Source: Gonapodya sp. JEL0774
Lineage: Eukaryota
Direction: 5' to 3'
DNA length: 64,000 nt
NCBI GenBank assembly: GCA_027604505.1
Contig: JADIIX010000001.1
Location: 186,001-250,000, forward strand
The notes beneath the pieces are model-generated. The model saw nothing but the letters and a program-made list of their open reading frames with translations. It had not been told where the DNA came from and searched no databases. Below, in pieces: positions 27,061 to 38,893 of this stretch (position 1 is its first letter; each line of letters opens with the position of its first letter). The position numbers and the translations under genes were made by a program.

Positions 27061-30000
27061 ATGACGTACATTGTTGTGCCTACACCACGCTCCGTGCCTG
27101 AAATGTACGAGACTATTGGCCGCGATCGTTCAGCTGGAGGTGCTGAAGAGATTGAGACGGCCAAGGCAGGGGAGGCTAACAATGTGGAAGTGCTGGAAAG
27201 AGTCGTGTCGCCAGCGGTGTTGGAAGATGGTGCCTCTACCGCTGACGTGGTTTCTCAGAGAGACCTTTCCCGAGACACATCGCCACTCGCACGGGGACGT
27301 GAAGGTGCCTTCTTCTTGGACACACAACGCCGGACCGATACACCGACACCCCCGGCCCTTAACCACACGAAAATACAGCATGCACTTCCGACTCTCCCGC
27401 TCGGACCTCTTCGACGTATCGCTCGACTCCTATCTGCTCGCGATGTTGCCTCTCTATCTATCTGCAACTCATACTACGCGGGAGTTGTCCGTCCAATTCT
27501 TTTCTCAGACATCCGGACAAACCATCCTGCGCGTGATATCCTCTCTCTTTCAGTCGCACTCGCTTCTCCGTATGGTGCTCACCTGGCAAGGGCAGTGGAA
27601 CGGCTTCAGGTTGGGAATCTGCCGCACGGGTCCTGGGTTGCGCTGGTGGCAAGGTTGGCACAGGGCTTGCCTAATCTAAAGGATGTCCTTGTGTCTGGTT
27701 CGGAGGTGGATCCTTTTGTTCACAATTTGTCGTCCAAATCCACCGCCTCGGGGAAACCGTACAAAACACGCCACACGGAAGGAGTATCACTTGACGCAAA
27801 GTTTCACAATACAAAAGCACATCGCGAATTCCGAGAACCCAATGCATCATTCCTTCCCCACGGGTCACCACCGAACTTCACCCTTTCCATCCGCGTACTC
27901 CGACCTACCCTTGCGGACCTAGTTGCCTTGACATCCTCAGTTGCTTCAAGCATAAAAGTCATCCAGCTCGTGAGGGTGGCATTACGGGCTGTGGACCTCA
28001 GCAGTAGTAGTGCAATTGTTCCCGTTAACGCTCGTACTGTTGTGTCGGACCTCAAAAGCACCCCACCGCACCTCGCGTTCTCAAACCCAACCATCTCGAC
28101 CCCACCATACGCAAGCTTGACAATACCACGCATACCCAATCTCCGCCAAGTTCTCGTCCATGCCTCTGCTTGGGATAGTGGTGTGTGGCACTACGCGGAG
28201 CTGTTACTATCGGGTGGCGGAAGCTCGGTACGAAGCGGGAAGGATCGCAAAAATGGAGAACATGTGGAGGTTGTGGAATGGATTGAGGCAGACAACGTGC
28301 AACAAAGTGCCGGATGGAGTCTGGGGGCACGAGGGTTGGTGCAATGATGCTGGGCAGCTTTATCATTGGCATACATAATAAGGGTTGCTTCGTCGAACCC
28401 ACCCACTAGCTCCTTCCTTCCCCCTCACCTTCCGAACCTTCTCCGCTTCACTTACCACAGCAACTCTGGTACTCCTCTACTCCACCCCACACCGCTCTTC
28501 TTTTGCTGTCCTCGTCTCACTCACGTGCACCTTCACCCAACAAGCTTGACCGCAAACGAATGGCTTGTGCTGACTGACAAGCTTGTGAACTTACGGGTGC
28601 TTCATGTCGACTTGCACAACCCACCGGCTCCTGATCCATCTTCGAGCACGACCTTGCCCTTACCCGCCACCAGCGGGCAACTTGTTGGATCTGCGCCTCC
28701 AGAGCCTCTGGTATGGGACCGCCTTCTTGCGGAACGACCGCACTTGCGTCGTGTAGAGATAGGAGGGCTGGGGTTGCCTGGTCGGGACCTGAGAGATATG
28801 GTAAGCGTTGCGAAAGAAGTTGCGGGAGAGCGGGGGTGGGGCATGGCAGTGGTAGTTAGCAAAGGTACTCTTGGCGATGGTGGGGAGAGTGATAGGAAAG
28901 CTAAAGGAAGAAAGGGTGAGTTTCGTTGCATTGTTCGTGGAAACACGTCGTGGAAACACGGGTGAGACCAAGGGTACCGATTGAATACTTACCGTCACGC
29001 ACCAGGTAAAACCAGCCGCTTCGAACTGACCAGCGTTCCACAGCGGAAGCGAGCCGACGCGACCAAAGGTGGTACTTCTTCTGAGGATGCGATTGATTCA
29101 GATGAGAGCTCAGGCAACGACGACGAAAGTGAAGAGGATTCCTCATCAACATCCACAGGTTCAGATAGTACAGACAACTCCAGCAGTGGCACAGAGTCTA
29201 ACGCTAACAAATCTGCCCTTGCTCCGCTGGAGCACCTCGGCCCAGCTTGGGCGGCTGACTTCACTGGTGAGGCGGAGTATGTACCACCAGTTCTTGCACC
29301 GCCACCGCCACCGCCCCGACGAGCTGCGGGTATGGAGAGTGAAAGAATGACAAAAGGAGCAAGTGGCTTTGTTGAAGATGCGGACAAATTCGAGCAAGCT
29401 TCGGCTGAGGCGCAGTCCGATGAGGTGCAAGAGGATGGAGTGGAAGAAGTGGAGGAAATCGAGGTCCTGGAAGAAGATGACGAAGAAGCAGACGGTGAGG
29501 GTGACACTGTGATCGTCGATACTGAAGAGATCTCGCAACATGCGACGGTTTTGGTGGGGGGTACCTTGCATCCACTCAACACTGTGCCTGGCGAGTCCAG
29601 CATTTCTCCGTCAACTTTCGGTCGTGGACCTATCGAGACGGTTTCGCAATCAAACTCCAATGGCAAACGGCTCGCTATTGCCAGTGACACAACCAAGGCA
29701 TCGTCCGCACGCGTTCCAAGGGAACCTTCTAGCTCTGAAACTATGGACCACAAATCTTACAGTAACAAACGTGACATTGAATCTCGAGATGACGCCCTCG
29801 AACCCGATTTAAGCCATTTCGTGGAAGGGAACATGGAAAGCGAAGGAGCTGATGACGAGAATGAAGAAGGCGATCATGCTGTGTACCCTAGGCCACCACC
29901 TCGAGCTGCGTCCGCCTTAAGTCCGCGTCGAAGAAAAGCTGAAGCGGGTGGCGTGCAAGTGTCACCAGAGGTGGCAAGGAGAGCGACTGGGGCTGTTGGG

Positions 30001-30102
30001 GCGGTCGCAGTGACTGGAACGTCCGGACCGCTCGGGAATGGCCAAGGAGAGATTGGGGAGAAAGGGGATAGAGGGAAGGGGGGCCTTTGGAGTTGGTGGT
30101 GA
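27061..30102 (+). CDS. Putative F-box/LRR-like protein with acidic low-complexity C-terminus (three ORFs probably joined by two introns)
   Basis: F-box-like LPLGPLRRIARLLSARDVASLSICNSYYAGVVRPILFSDI; LxxLxxL repeats (LPNLKDV, IPNLRQV, CPRLTHVHL, LVNLRVLHV). Intron-like gaps at about 28335-28382 and 28962-29005. Confidence 0.55.
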
Positions 30103-30410
30103 ATACGCCAATCTGGAGGACCTGTTGGAATTACGTATTGTATGATTTCTTCATGGCATCCATACTTGAATGGAACGAGTTATTTATTCACTGGTCACCA
30201 GTGCGGTAGCTGTCTGGGGTTGTCGTGGCATATTGTGAATGTGCCCCAGTCTACCGCGAGTCTTGGATCCCTCACTCTCAACCGTTTATCATTCAGGGGA
30301 CTCTCTCCCGCTTTCAAAGACAATTCAAATAAAACCATAGACTTTCGCACGTCTTGGTTGAACCTGTAAAAGCCGCCACCGGCAGCAAATCTGAACAATT
30401 TGACCGTCCA

Positions 30411-31586
30411 ATGACAGACACGAAAGCCCCTGACGCCCTCGAATCCAAGAAAGCACTGTTCCAAGAGGAGCTCATCCGCAGGAACTCGGCGAAGCAGATA
30501 AAACACGACCTCCAGGATGAAGAAAGGCGAAGGTCGCAGGTGAGTCCCAATAATGCCTTTTCGGGAAAGACGTTGAATGTTGCAGGAAACGGAACTCAGA
30601 ATACTGGAACTGTGAAGCACACGCACTATTGGATACCATTATGATCAAGCAATGTATGTCGAGCCCCTCCTGGTTGGAGTTTCATCGATTGTTCGTGGGA
30701 AACCAAATGGTGTCAATCAACGGCCAGAACGCGCGCTATCCCAGAGATGTGAGGTAGCTCTTACCGTATCATTCTTGTCATTTGAATAAGAGCCGTAACT
30801 GCTGGAAATGGAAATGATTCTTGCGAGGCAAGCGTGCCGCCGAAAAGTATCGATGATCCGCAGACAAGATTCACTGGCATTTAAGGACCGGACTCGGAAT
30901 GAGAACAGTGGAAATGAAATTTGATATGATATGTCTGTCATCGATGCGGCGTGTACACGGTTGTCACTCATTGTTGAATCTCAATCTCCACCTACCTGCT
31001 CATCGCCATCGCTCTGTCTGACCTACATGATCGAAGGAGGACTTGAAAAACGCTGTCCAGGAGAAACTCGTTCGCCGCATGTCCCAAATTGAAGTTAAGA
31101 AGGAAGAAGAAGCTGAGCGAGCACGGCGGATGGCAGAAGAGCAGAAAGTGAGTTCTCGTTTGTGAGGGAGGAAAGGCAAACAGCTGTGCGGGAATTCGGT
31201 GCGATGAAAATAAACATATCAAAGATTACCATGGACCTAGTGCGCTTAGTTTTGTTTGGTGTGCTTGAGTATCCGCCATACTCATGAACGCCAATCGTCC
31301 AACAATCTCTATGTCCTTCATTTGTGTCTCTAACAGGCCCAAGCCGAGTCAGAGCTCCTCCACAAGCAAGGCGTCAGACAAGCAATCCTACTCGAAGACG
31401 AGGAGCAGTATGTACATTCTCGATCCATCATTTGATACCTCGTCAAGAAGCTCAGAGTTCACTCCAACAACGGTTTTGTTCAGAGCCCGACGCGCCCAGT
31501 CTAAAACTCCGGTTCCAGATGACATTCGTGCCAAGAAATCTGAGGTGCAGCGTGCAATGGTGGAAAGGGTGAAGGGTGCGCAGTAG
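30411..31586 (+). CDS. Small charged helical-repeat hypothetical protein (about 137 aa, 4 exons)
   Basis: Exons about 30411-30539, 31037-31147, 31338-31408 and 31484-31586 splice in frame with GT-AG ends; the product has three related repeats. Confidence 0.6.
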
Positions 31587-31938
31587 TTTGGCTATCCTAC
31601 AAACCGTACACTATCAGTGCGATGAGTTGCAGAGGGATGTCAACTCTTGTAATGGAGTCTCTGACGTGGGATATGGGATTGTTGAATATGTTGAATGTGG
31701 TGTCATTCCGGCTTTGAGGGCACTTGTCTTGCATGCTGCAGATGTATTAACCAATCAATTGCAAGCTGTTGTGATAAAAATCCGAAAATTTCGTAGATCT
31801 GACTGATCCAAGACTTGTGCGGCGGAGATCATGCCAACAGAGAAAGGGGGGCCACGATCACTTCTATTCACCCTGTCTTACAAGCAAGATGCTCAAGTCT
31901 AAAGAACAGCAGAAGATTGTGCACCGCACAAAGGTATC

Positions 31939-34614
31939 TCACTCCTTGGCCGCCAGGAGGGACTTGCCTGTCATGTCCTCAGGCACGGGTAGGCCCATTA
32001 CCTCAAGAATGGTCGGTGCCACGTCGCACAGGCTACCTGGTTTCTTGGGGTCGAATTTATGGTCGTTGGACGTCATGACAAAGGGAACTGGGTAAGACGG
32101 AGTATTAATAGTGGCACGGTCTTGTCTCACAGACACATTCATGAATCCACACAAACCTTTCGCTGTAGTGTGCGCAGTATGCGGTGTGCCATCATCTGCC
32201 AACATCTTTTCCGCGTTGCCGTGGTCAGATGTCACAAACAATATGTATCCGTGTGCCTTACAAGCCTCGTAAATTGTCCCGATGGCAGCATCTGTCGCAG
32301 AGACAGCCTTCAGGGCAGCATCGTAGATCCCGGTGTGACCGACCATGTCTGCCGCAGAAAAAATAAGTCAGCCGGACTGGATAGATGTGAGAGCTGAACA
32401 TACCTGGAGGAGCAAAGTTGCACATTACGAATGGGAACTTCTCTTCGGAGATTCGATCCGCGACCTGAAACATGAGAGTATTATTTAAAAATCGTCGCTA
32501 TGCAAATGGTCGACATTTCTCACCTTTTCACCAACTTCTTTCGCGCTCATCTCGGGCTTTAAATCGTACGTCGCAACCTTGGGACTCGAAATCATGTCCC
32601 TGGTCTCTCCATCAAACTGCTTCTCTGTGCCTCCGTTGAAGAAAAAGGTCACGTGAGCATACTTTTCTGTTTCCGCAATGTGGCATTGGGGAATGCCATG
32701 CTTCCCGAGCCATTCGGCGAGAACGTCATCCATCCGTTGAGGGGGGAACACGACAGGGAAAGGGAACGCTGCATTGTATTGTGTGAAAGTGGTGATTCCC
32801 TATAAGGTAGAACCAAACATGAGGAACTCAAGGAACCTCAAGAAGAGCGATTTCGGTTCTAGCCCTCTTAACAACATCTATGCCAATGTATCGGATGGAC
32901 CCGAATATTCTTCTGGAGGCTTTCTCTCCATTGGCTTCATGACAATCAACCGTTCTACTCCTAGTTGGTTGGCAACAACCACCATCGTCTCCCATGTCCC
33001 CGCACGGAACTCCTTGCTCACTGTACGACCTAGTAAACCATGAAAACGAGTGGGCGGCTGGACGCACTTACCAAATCCTTGGGGATGTCCACTTCGAAAG
33101 GTCTGGGCTCCACACCAAAAGTGGAGACAAGTTGTCTCATCCGATCGCTCCTAAAGTTGAAGAACAGGAGGGTGTCTCCATCTTTGATCATCCCTTGCTC
33201 GTCTACGATGATGGGCTTCAGGAATTCGTCCGTCTCGTTCTTCGCGAACCGCTCCTCAATGGTCTTGACAGGATCCGTGGTTTTTTCACCCTCACCATGA
33301 CACAAGGCATCAACAGCCAGTTTGATTCGCTCCCACCGTTTGTCCCGGTCCATGGCATAGTAGCGACCGGTGATTGTGGCGAGTTTGCCGTAGGAGACGG
33401 ATTGAAGATGCGCTTGAAGCTGTTTCAGGTAGGTGTCTGAGCCACAAGTGAAAAATGGTCAACCTCGTAACTTATCGTCGCGCTCCAGTCTACCGATAGA
33501 CCTCGTCGGCAAACCAATAATTTCTTTGCAATCTCTCTTTTTGTCCCTCAAGTCACTACTCACTCGAGCTCCTAGGTGATGTGTCTCGCCCATCGCCGAA
33601 GAAGTGAACGTAGGCCTGCGGGACATCATGGAACTTCGCCGCTTCGACCAGCGCGCACAGGTGGTCGATGTGGGAGTGAACACCGCCGTCAGAGACCTAG
33701 TCACGGTTCATAATCCACGAGAAATTGCTTTCAATCCCGACGGTAACAGGTTTTAGTCTGAAAACGAGCTCTGAGAACTTACCAGACCAAGGAAGTGAAT
33801 CCTTCCAGTGCCCTTCTTGGCGCGTTCAAAGGCATTGACGAGGTTAGGGAGGTTTTTGAGTTTCTTCTCTTTGATAGAGAGGTCGATTCGCACAATGTCC
33901 TAACATGAAAAGATGTTTGATGTGAGAATTCATGCGGTCGAGGCGAAAACACGCCGAGCGCGCGATTCCGGTGGTAGTAGTCACAAAGCTAGCCACAAAG
34001 CTTCTCAGTATTAAATTAGAAGAGCAAGAAGCATGGAAAAATCCAAAGATAATCCACTTGATATTATCTGTGACACGTCCTGGCCAATCAACCAACCTGG
34101 TAGACAACCCTTCCAGCACCGATATTCAAATGCCCGACTTCCGAGTTGCCCATCAAACCCTCAGGGAGGCCGACAAATAATCCATGTGCTTCGATGGCGG
34201 TGACTGATTCAGGGTATGTTTTCGAAAAGCCCCTCATGACTGGGTGGTTTGCATTGAAAATGGCATCGCCCTTATGGTCGGCATGAGGAGAAATGCCCCT
34301 GGAGACATGAAGTCAGTGTGAGATGTAATCGATATGGTGATTGTTATCAGATGATGTACGCATGAATCAGTCAAGAATTATCACTGCGGGGACAATATGA
34401 CGATTATACCACGATATTCACTTACCATCCATCAATGCAAATTAGACAAACGTTCTGTGTAAGACGAATTCGATGAGTACCCGTCATGGATTCCCAACAA
34501 CTAGTCGCTGACTCATCACTGCTGAATTCGCCACGCTGCGATTGAGATGCGATCCATATGAATTTCTCGAAAACTCGCCTGCTTTGGCTTTACTTTCTCT
34601 GTTACGGTGGTCAT
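31939..34614 (-). CDS. gpmI: 2,3-bisphosphoglycerate-independent phosphoglycerate mutase (iPGM)
   Basis: [109 protein letters not shown]. Confidence 0.97.
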
Positions 34615-34749
34615 GGGAGTGGATTTTTTCGTTTATAATAGGTGTAAGTGATCTCGAATGATTGTCCGCAGTTGCAGTTCCATTGTAGGAATTTTCTCTT
34701 AGGTCAGTTATTTATGCAAAATGCAACATCAATAATACATTCGACTCAT

Positions 34750-36167
34750 TCAGGAGGCCGAGATGGTCTGCTTGGCAGTCCATGTATCCCCAGCTTTCAA
34801 CGTAACCTTCTTCTTGTCAACCGCGCCCGCTAAAACAATCACAAACGCACACAATTATAGAAAGCCTGGAATAATGGTGGTCATGAAAAGAAACCTACGC
34901 TCAACACAAAGGAAGTTCACCCAGGCACCCTCTCCGAGATCAGCGATTTTGCCAGATTTGCTGGCCCATGGATTCCACAAAACCACGTTCTCCAAGGTAC
35001 GGCCTTCCCTCGCCACTTTCACGGTACCTTTCGGTTTCCGTCCAGTCTCTATTACGATGGGTACGGGCTCAGCGAAAGTGTGGACACGGTCCGTTTCATG
35101 ATTCAGTTGAAGGTAGTCTGCTTTCGTCTCTCCAAGAGGGAGGCCTTTGTCGAAGAACTCAGTCGCACTGGGGTTACAGTTGTGATTTGGCTGCGGTTTG
35201 TCAAATAACTGAACAATTGAAAGTATAAGCAACTTTACTTACGCTTTGAAGCCGTGAATCTTAATCTCCGTCACATCCTGAAAAAATCAAAGACCAAATG
35301 CTTGTTAGGACTTGGATTCTTGGATCGCGGTAAGTTACGTCTGATCTGTGCTCACCTCTACAGCAATGTAATTGTGCAGAAGTGCTTCGAACTCCCAAGC
35401 AGACGCATCCAGGTTTTGGACGTCAAATTTCGTTGAGAGGCTGTCCTTCGCCAGCGTCACGGTGTAGATAAGCTTGAATTTGTGGGGCCAAATTGTCAGG
35501 AGTGAAGGGTCAACCTTCTCTTGAGTGAGCTCAAAGACTCCAGTGACAGCGGAAGATGTGTCAGACGTCACACCAGCAAACTTCCAGATGGAAGTGCGGG
35601 CAAAGCCGTGCTGGGGCAATTTGATAATAGGGTCCGTACCGAATCTGGTTACGGAAGATATCATTGTCACATCATTCACCAAAGTGTTTTTATGTTTAAG
35701 CAAGTAGAACGTTGTTCAACAACAATATCGTGGAGAAATGCACTTACATGGGAAAGACGATGGGGATGCCACCACGGATTGCCTGTTTCAAACGATAAGA
35801 CATCCGAGATAATCACTATATTAAAGAGTGCACATCAAACAATGACACAAAAGTGATCGATTCATCTCACCTTTGTGCCGTCCAGGACTGCTTTTGGGCT
35901 TCAAACAACAACGGGTGATACGATTAGCCCTCCCACACCCAGAGCTCTTCCAAGAAATGTATTGGTTGCCTAACCTCACGAATAGCATCTCCTGTCCTGC
36001 AAGCTTCCATGAGGTCACAGTGGCTCCGAATAGGTAGACCTAGCAAGCCATGAGGTAAAGGGTCCATTAACAATCATCGCAGTTTCTGAAGCAGTTTCAC
36101 TCCTAACCTCAACAGAATCGCCTTCACGACTTAATGTCACTATGTTCTTGTCGACGTGAGATGGCAT
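34750..36167 (-). CDS. Glucose-6-phosphate 1-epimerase (aldose 1-epimerase family, YMR099C-like)
   Basis: GATVTSWK, AIRGGIPIVFP, LPQHGFARTSIW, FEALLHNY, ETDRVH, VVLWNPWASK, NFLCVE. Confidence 0.92.
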
Positions 36168-36654
36168 TGACGATTTAGTAAAACGATGCTGAGTGATGTT
36201 TGTGAATCCAGAGCAACACCTCACGAGTTATCACAATATATTGTAAAATACCGACTCCCACATCATGCTACCGCTGCAATAAATTGAGCATCAGACCAAC
36301 TTCACGGGTACAACATGAAACCCAAGCTCGCGAAATGCGGAACGACAGAGGCATCAAGACAATTTAGATTCGCATTTAATTGTGCATCTACAATAATCTG
36401 AGAAGCAGAGTTGACTGCTGTTGACTGGCTTGCGTTGTTGGATCCACAGTGAGAAATCATGTGCTAATTGTCTGTGCACACGAATGATAGTAAAAGCGAA
36501 GAAACTTTCATATTGCCTGCCTAGTGACCCTGGAGTCATTTGAAGTCCGTAAAATGTTGGTGGGTTACAAACTTTGGATAACAACCGTTCCATCTCCACA
36601 ATGCTTACATTCTCACTCGTTGTGGGCTACGGCCTTGTTTCTTTCATACACAGA

Positions 36655-38118
36655 AATGGTCAAAACACACAGGCTCAAGCACTGCACACATGTTCACCCA
36701 GGTGCACAACGATTTATTGATCCTCGCCAACCATCCCGAAGGGTGGGGGTCATCTTCAACAGGGATGCAAATGCAGCACAAAACATTGCCACAGTTGCTG
36801 TTTACTACTCAGAACGGAACGGTGAGAGAGCGCCATGGAACCACGGAGAACAGTACCTTCAACCAGATCCAGTGAAGCGGAACGAGGCAGTCAACAACGC
36901 GAAGCACCGAGAGGCAGCTGTTTCTGCAGCACGCACTGCTGGCAGAGTACCAACTGGTCGGGGCCGTGGTCGTCGTGGACAGGGCCGTGGTGGTGGACGT
37001 GGAGGTCAAGGTGGTGGTGCTGGAGACACAGATGAAGAGAGTGACGATGAGGGCAATGGTGGTGGGCGTGGTGCAGCCGAGCAGGTGGCAGAGCCAGTGA
37101 TCGCATCAGGAGCCAAGCAGGCGGAGCGGGTGATCGCATCGGCAACCGAGCAGGCAGCAGATCTGGTGATCGCATGGGGAGCCAAGCGGGTGGTCGCATC
37201 GGCAGCCGAGCAGGTGATGGATCCGGTGATCGCATTGGCAGCCAAGCAGGCACAGCGGGTGATCGCAGACGTGGTGGATCCAGTGATCCCATTGGCAGCC
37301 GAGCAGGCGGAGCGGGTGATCACATCGGCAGTGGAGCAGGCAGAGCGGGCAGTCGTGGTGGCAGCAGAGCAGGTGGTGGATCCAGTGATCGCATCGGCAG
37401 CCAAGCAGGTGAAGCGGGTGATCGCATCAGCAGCTGAGCAGGCAGCAGATCCGGTGCTCGCATCGACAGCCGAGCAGGCGGAGTGGGTGGTCATGGTGGC
37501 AGCCAAGCATGTGGTGGAGCCAGTGATCTCATCGGGAGCCGCGTGGTGGCAGCCAAGCAGCCGGAGCGGGGTATGGGGTATCGCTTTAGTAGCCGAATAG
37601 GTGGGAGAGCAGGGGATCAAGGTGGTCGCCAAGCAGGTAGTCGTGAGGCAGCATAGTGGGTACTGAGCGCCAAAAATCTGTTCAAACGTCGCAGGGATTC
37701 TGATGTGGATACTGATGGACAGAGTGATGAAGACGAGGACTCTGACAACAATGATGATGACAGTGACCGTGGTGGGGGTGATGATCAAGGTGGTGGACCC
37801 ATGGATGGTCCACATGATGATCGTGATCGGGGAGATGGTGCTGGAACTAGTCAACAAATGGGTGGAGGAGGTCAAAGGGACAATTTGGACACCAGTTACT
37901 CACGTAGCCATGCTGACCACAGTGGTGGTGGTGGAGAAGGCAACGGCAGAGTTCAGAACCGTGGTGGAGCAGCTGGTCAAGGACACGCTGACATCGAGTC
38001 GACACCTTGCAACACAGTCAAAGAACACTCCTCCCGCGCAATCCTCCCGCGCAATGGCAAATGACGTGGTCAGGATCAACACTTTCTACGTATGGGTGAT
38101 GGACCAAACCTGTTTTAA
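36655..38118 (+). pseudogene. Decayed Fanzor/TnpB-family nuclease remnant (zinc-finger end, RuvC-III, long G/R/D-rich tail); RuvC-I and RuvC-II not found
   Basis: HRLKHC...IFNRDANAAQNI...ERAPW, with the catalytic-type Asp at 36764-36766. A probable frameshift near 37072 and in-frame stops at 37435, 37654 and 38062, each explainable by a C->T change. Confidence 0.72.
37072..37600 (+). repeat. Degenerate tandem repeat, about 15 units of 33/36/24 bp (core GTGATCGCATCGGCAGCCGAGCAGG)
   Basis: Unit starts at 37097, 37130, 37166, 37190, 37226, 37259, 37283, 37316 and onward; all spacings are multiples of 3. Confidence 0.92.
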
Positions 38119-38120
38119 CG

Positions 38121-38207
38121 AGTATGTGGAACATGAAGGAGCGGATTTGCACTGTGAGTGTCTCCAAAACATTCTTGCAGGGGACGTGTTGCATCTTCAC
38201 AAATACT
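38121..38207 (+). ncRNA. Candidate omegaRNA-like nested stem-loop directly after the Fanzor-like ORF stop
   Basis: Nested pairs AGTAT/ATACT, TGAAG/CTTCA, TGCA/TGCA and GTGTCTCC/GGGGACGT. The position matches where Fanzor omegaRNAs lie. Read by eye only. Confidence 0.3.
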
Positions 38208-38893
38208 ACAAAAACTCATGTCTTTATAAAACTTTACCTGACAGCACAACTACATCTTAGCCCATTCCAATTCCCTCCGCAGCTGTTTTTCTGGACCATG
38301 AAATCTGACCAGCTGGGCTCTCATTATACCGCCAAATCGTTTTCGATGCCCCTTTCCTTCACTGCGCTTCATGGAGCTCCCCGCAATTTGGGAGGGCGTG
38401 GAAAATTTGGTCGTGGAAGAGGGCGAGGGGGGGATGAGGGAGGTGGACAGACGGAATGATGGAGCTCTTTTGTGAGTTTCTTCGAGCCATTCTTGTTATC
38501 GTGCGCCAACTAGGGTGTGCAATTGATTATATAAATTCAAGTCCCCTTTTTTTTCTCACAACACAACAGATGTGTTCCACATGCCGTGGTGAGGGATTGT
38601 AGGTGAGAACCAGGGGTAGTGGGAGGGAGGGTAGGAGAGTGTGCGTGGGGAAGTTTTCTCTTACCCCTCGCAAATCTGCGACTTGCACGACACAGCTCCG
38701 GTGTAACAACGAGGGTGTTACATGCAGGTGGCCAGCTGAACTTTTGTTGGGGTATTCATTATTCTAGCATTAGTTTAGGCATCAGTGCTTTTGCACTGGC
38801 TGCTGGGTTTCGCGAACGATCGGTGTTAGTGCCTTCTCTGCCAATCACGGCAACGCGTTCCCGAGTAGCTGATGGGACCTTGAAGTCCGTAAA

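Noticed and set aside
31860..31941. Stop-codon read-through giving a cryptic PTS1 on iPGM
   Set aside because: The stop context is TGA GAT rather than TGA CTA, and the extension does not end in a PTS1.
36525..36545. DPGV as the Fanzor RuvC-I motif
   Set aside because: It lacks the preceding hydrophobic strand (VGxDPG), is followed by stop codons and lies too close to RuvC-III.
37072..37600. CRISPR-like array next to a Cas12-related nuclease remnant
   Set aside because: The segments between repeat cores are short and homologous to each other, and unit lengths are multiples of 3. This is a coding tandem repeat, not a repeat-spacer array.
36349..38784. AGGCATCA direct repeat (36349-36356 and 38777-38784) as a target-site duplication
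   Set aside because: An 8-mer match is expected by chance over this search space, and no terminal inverted repeats lie inside it.
38702..38798. Hairpins TGTAACA/TGTTACA and CAGTGC/GCACTG near a CTAG as a Helitron 3' end
   Set aside because: The spacing and order relative to CTAG do not fit the Helitron pattern, and the stems are short.
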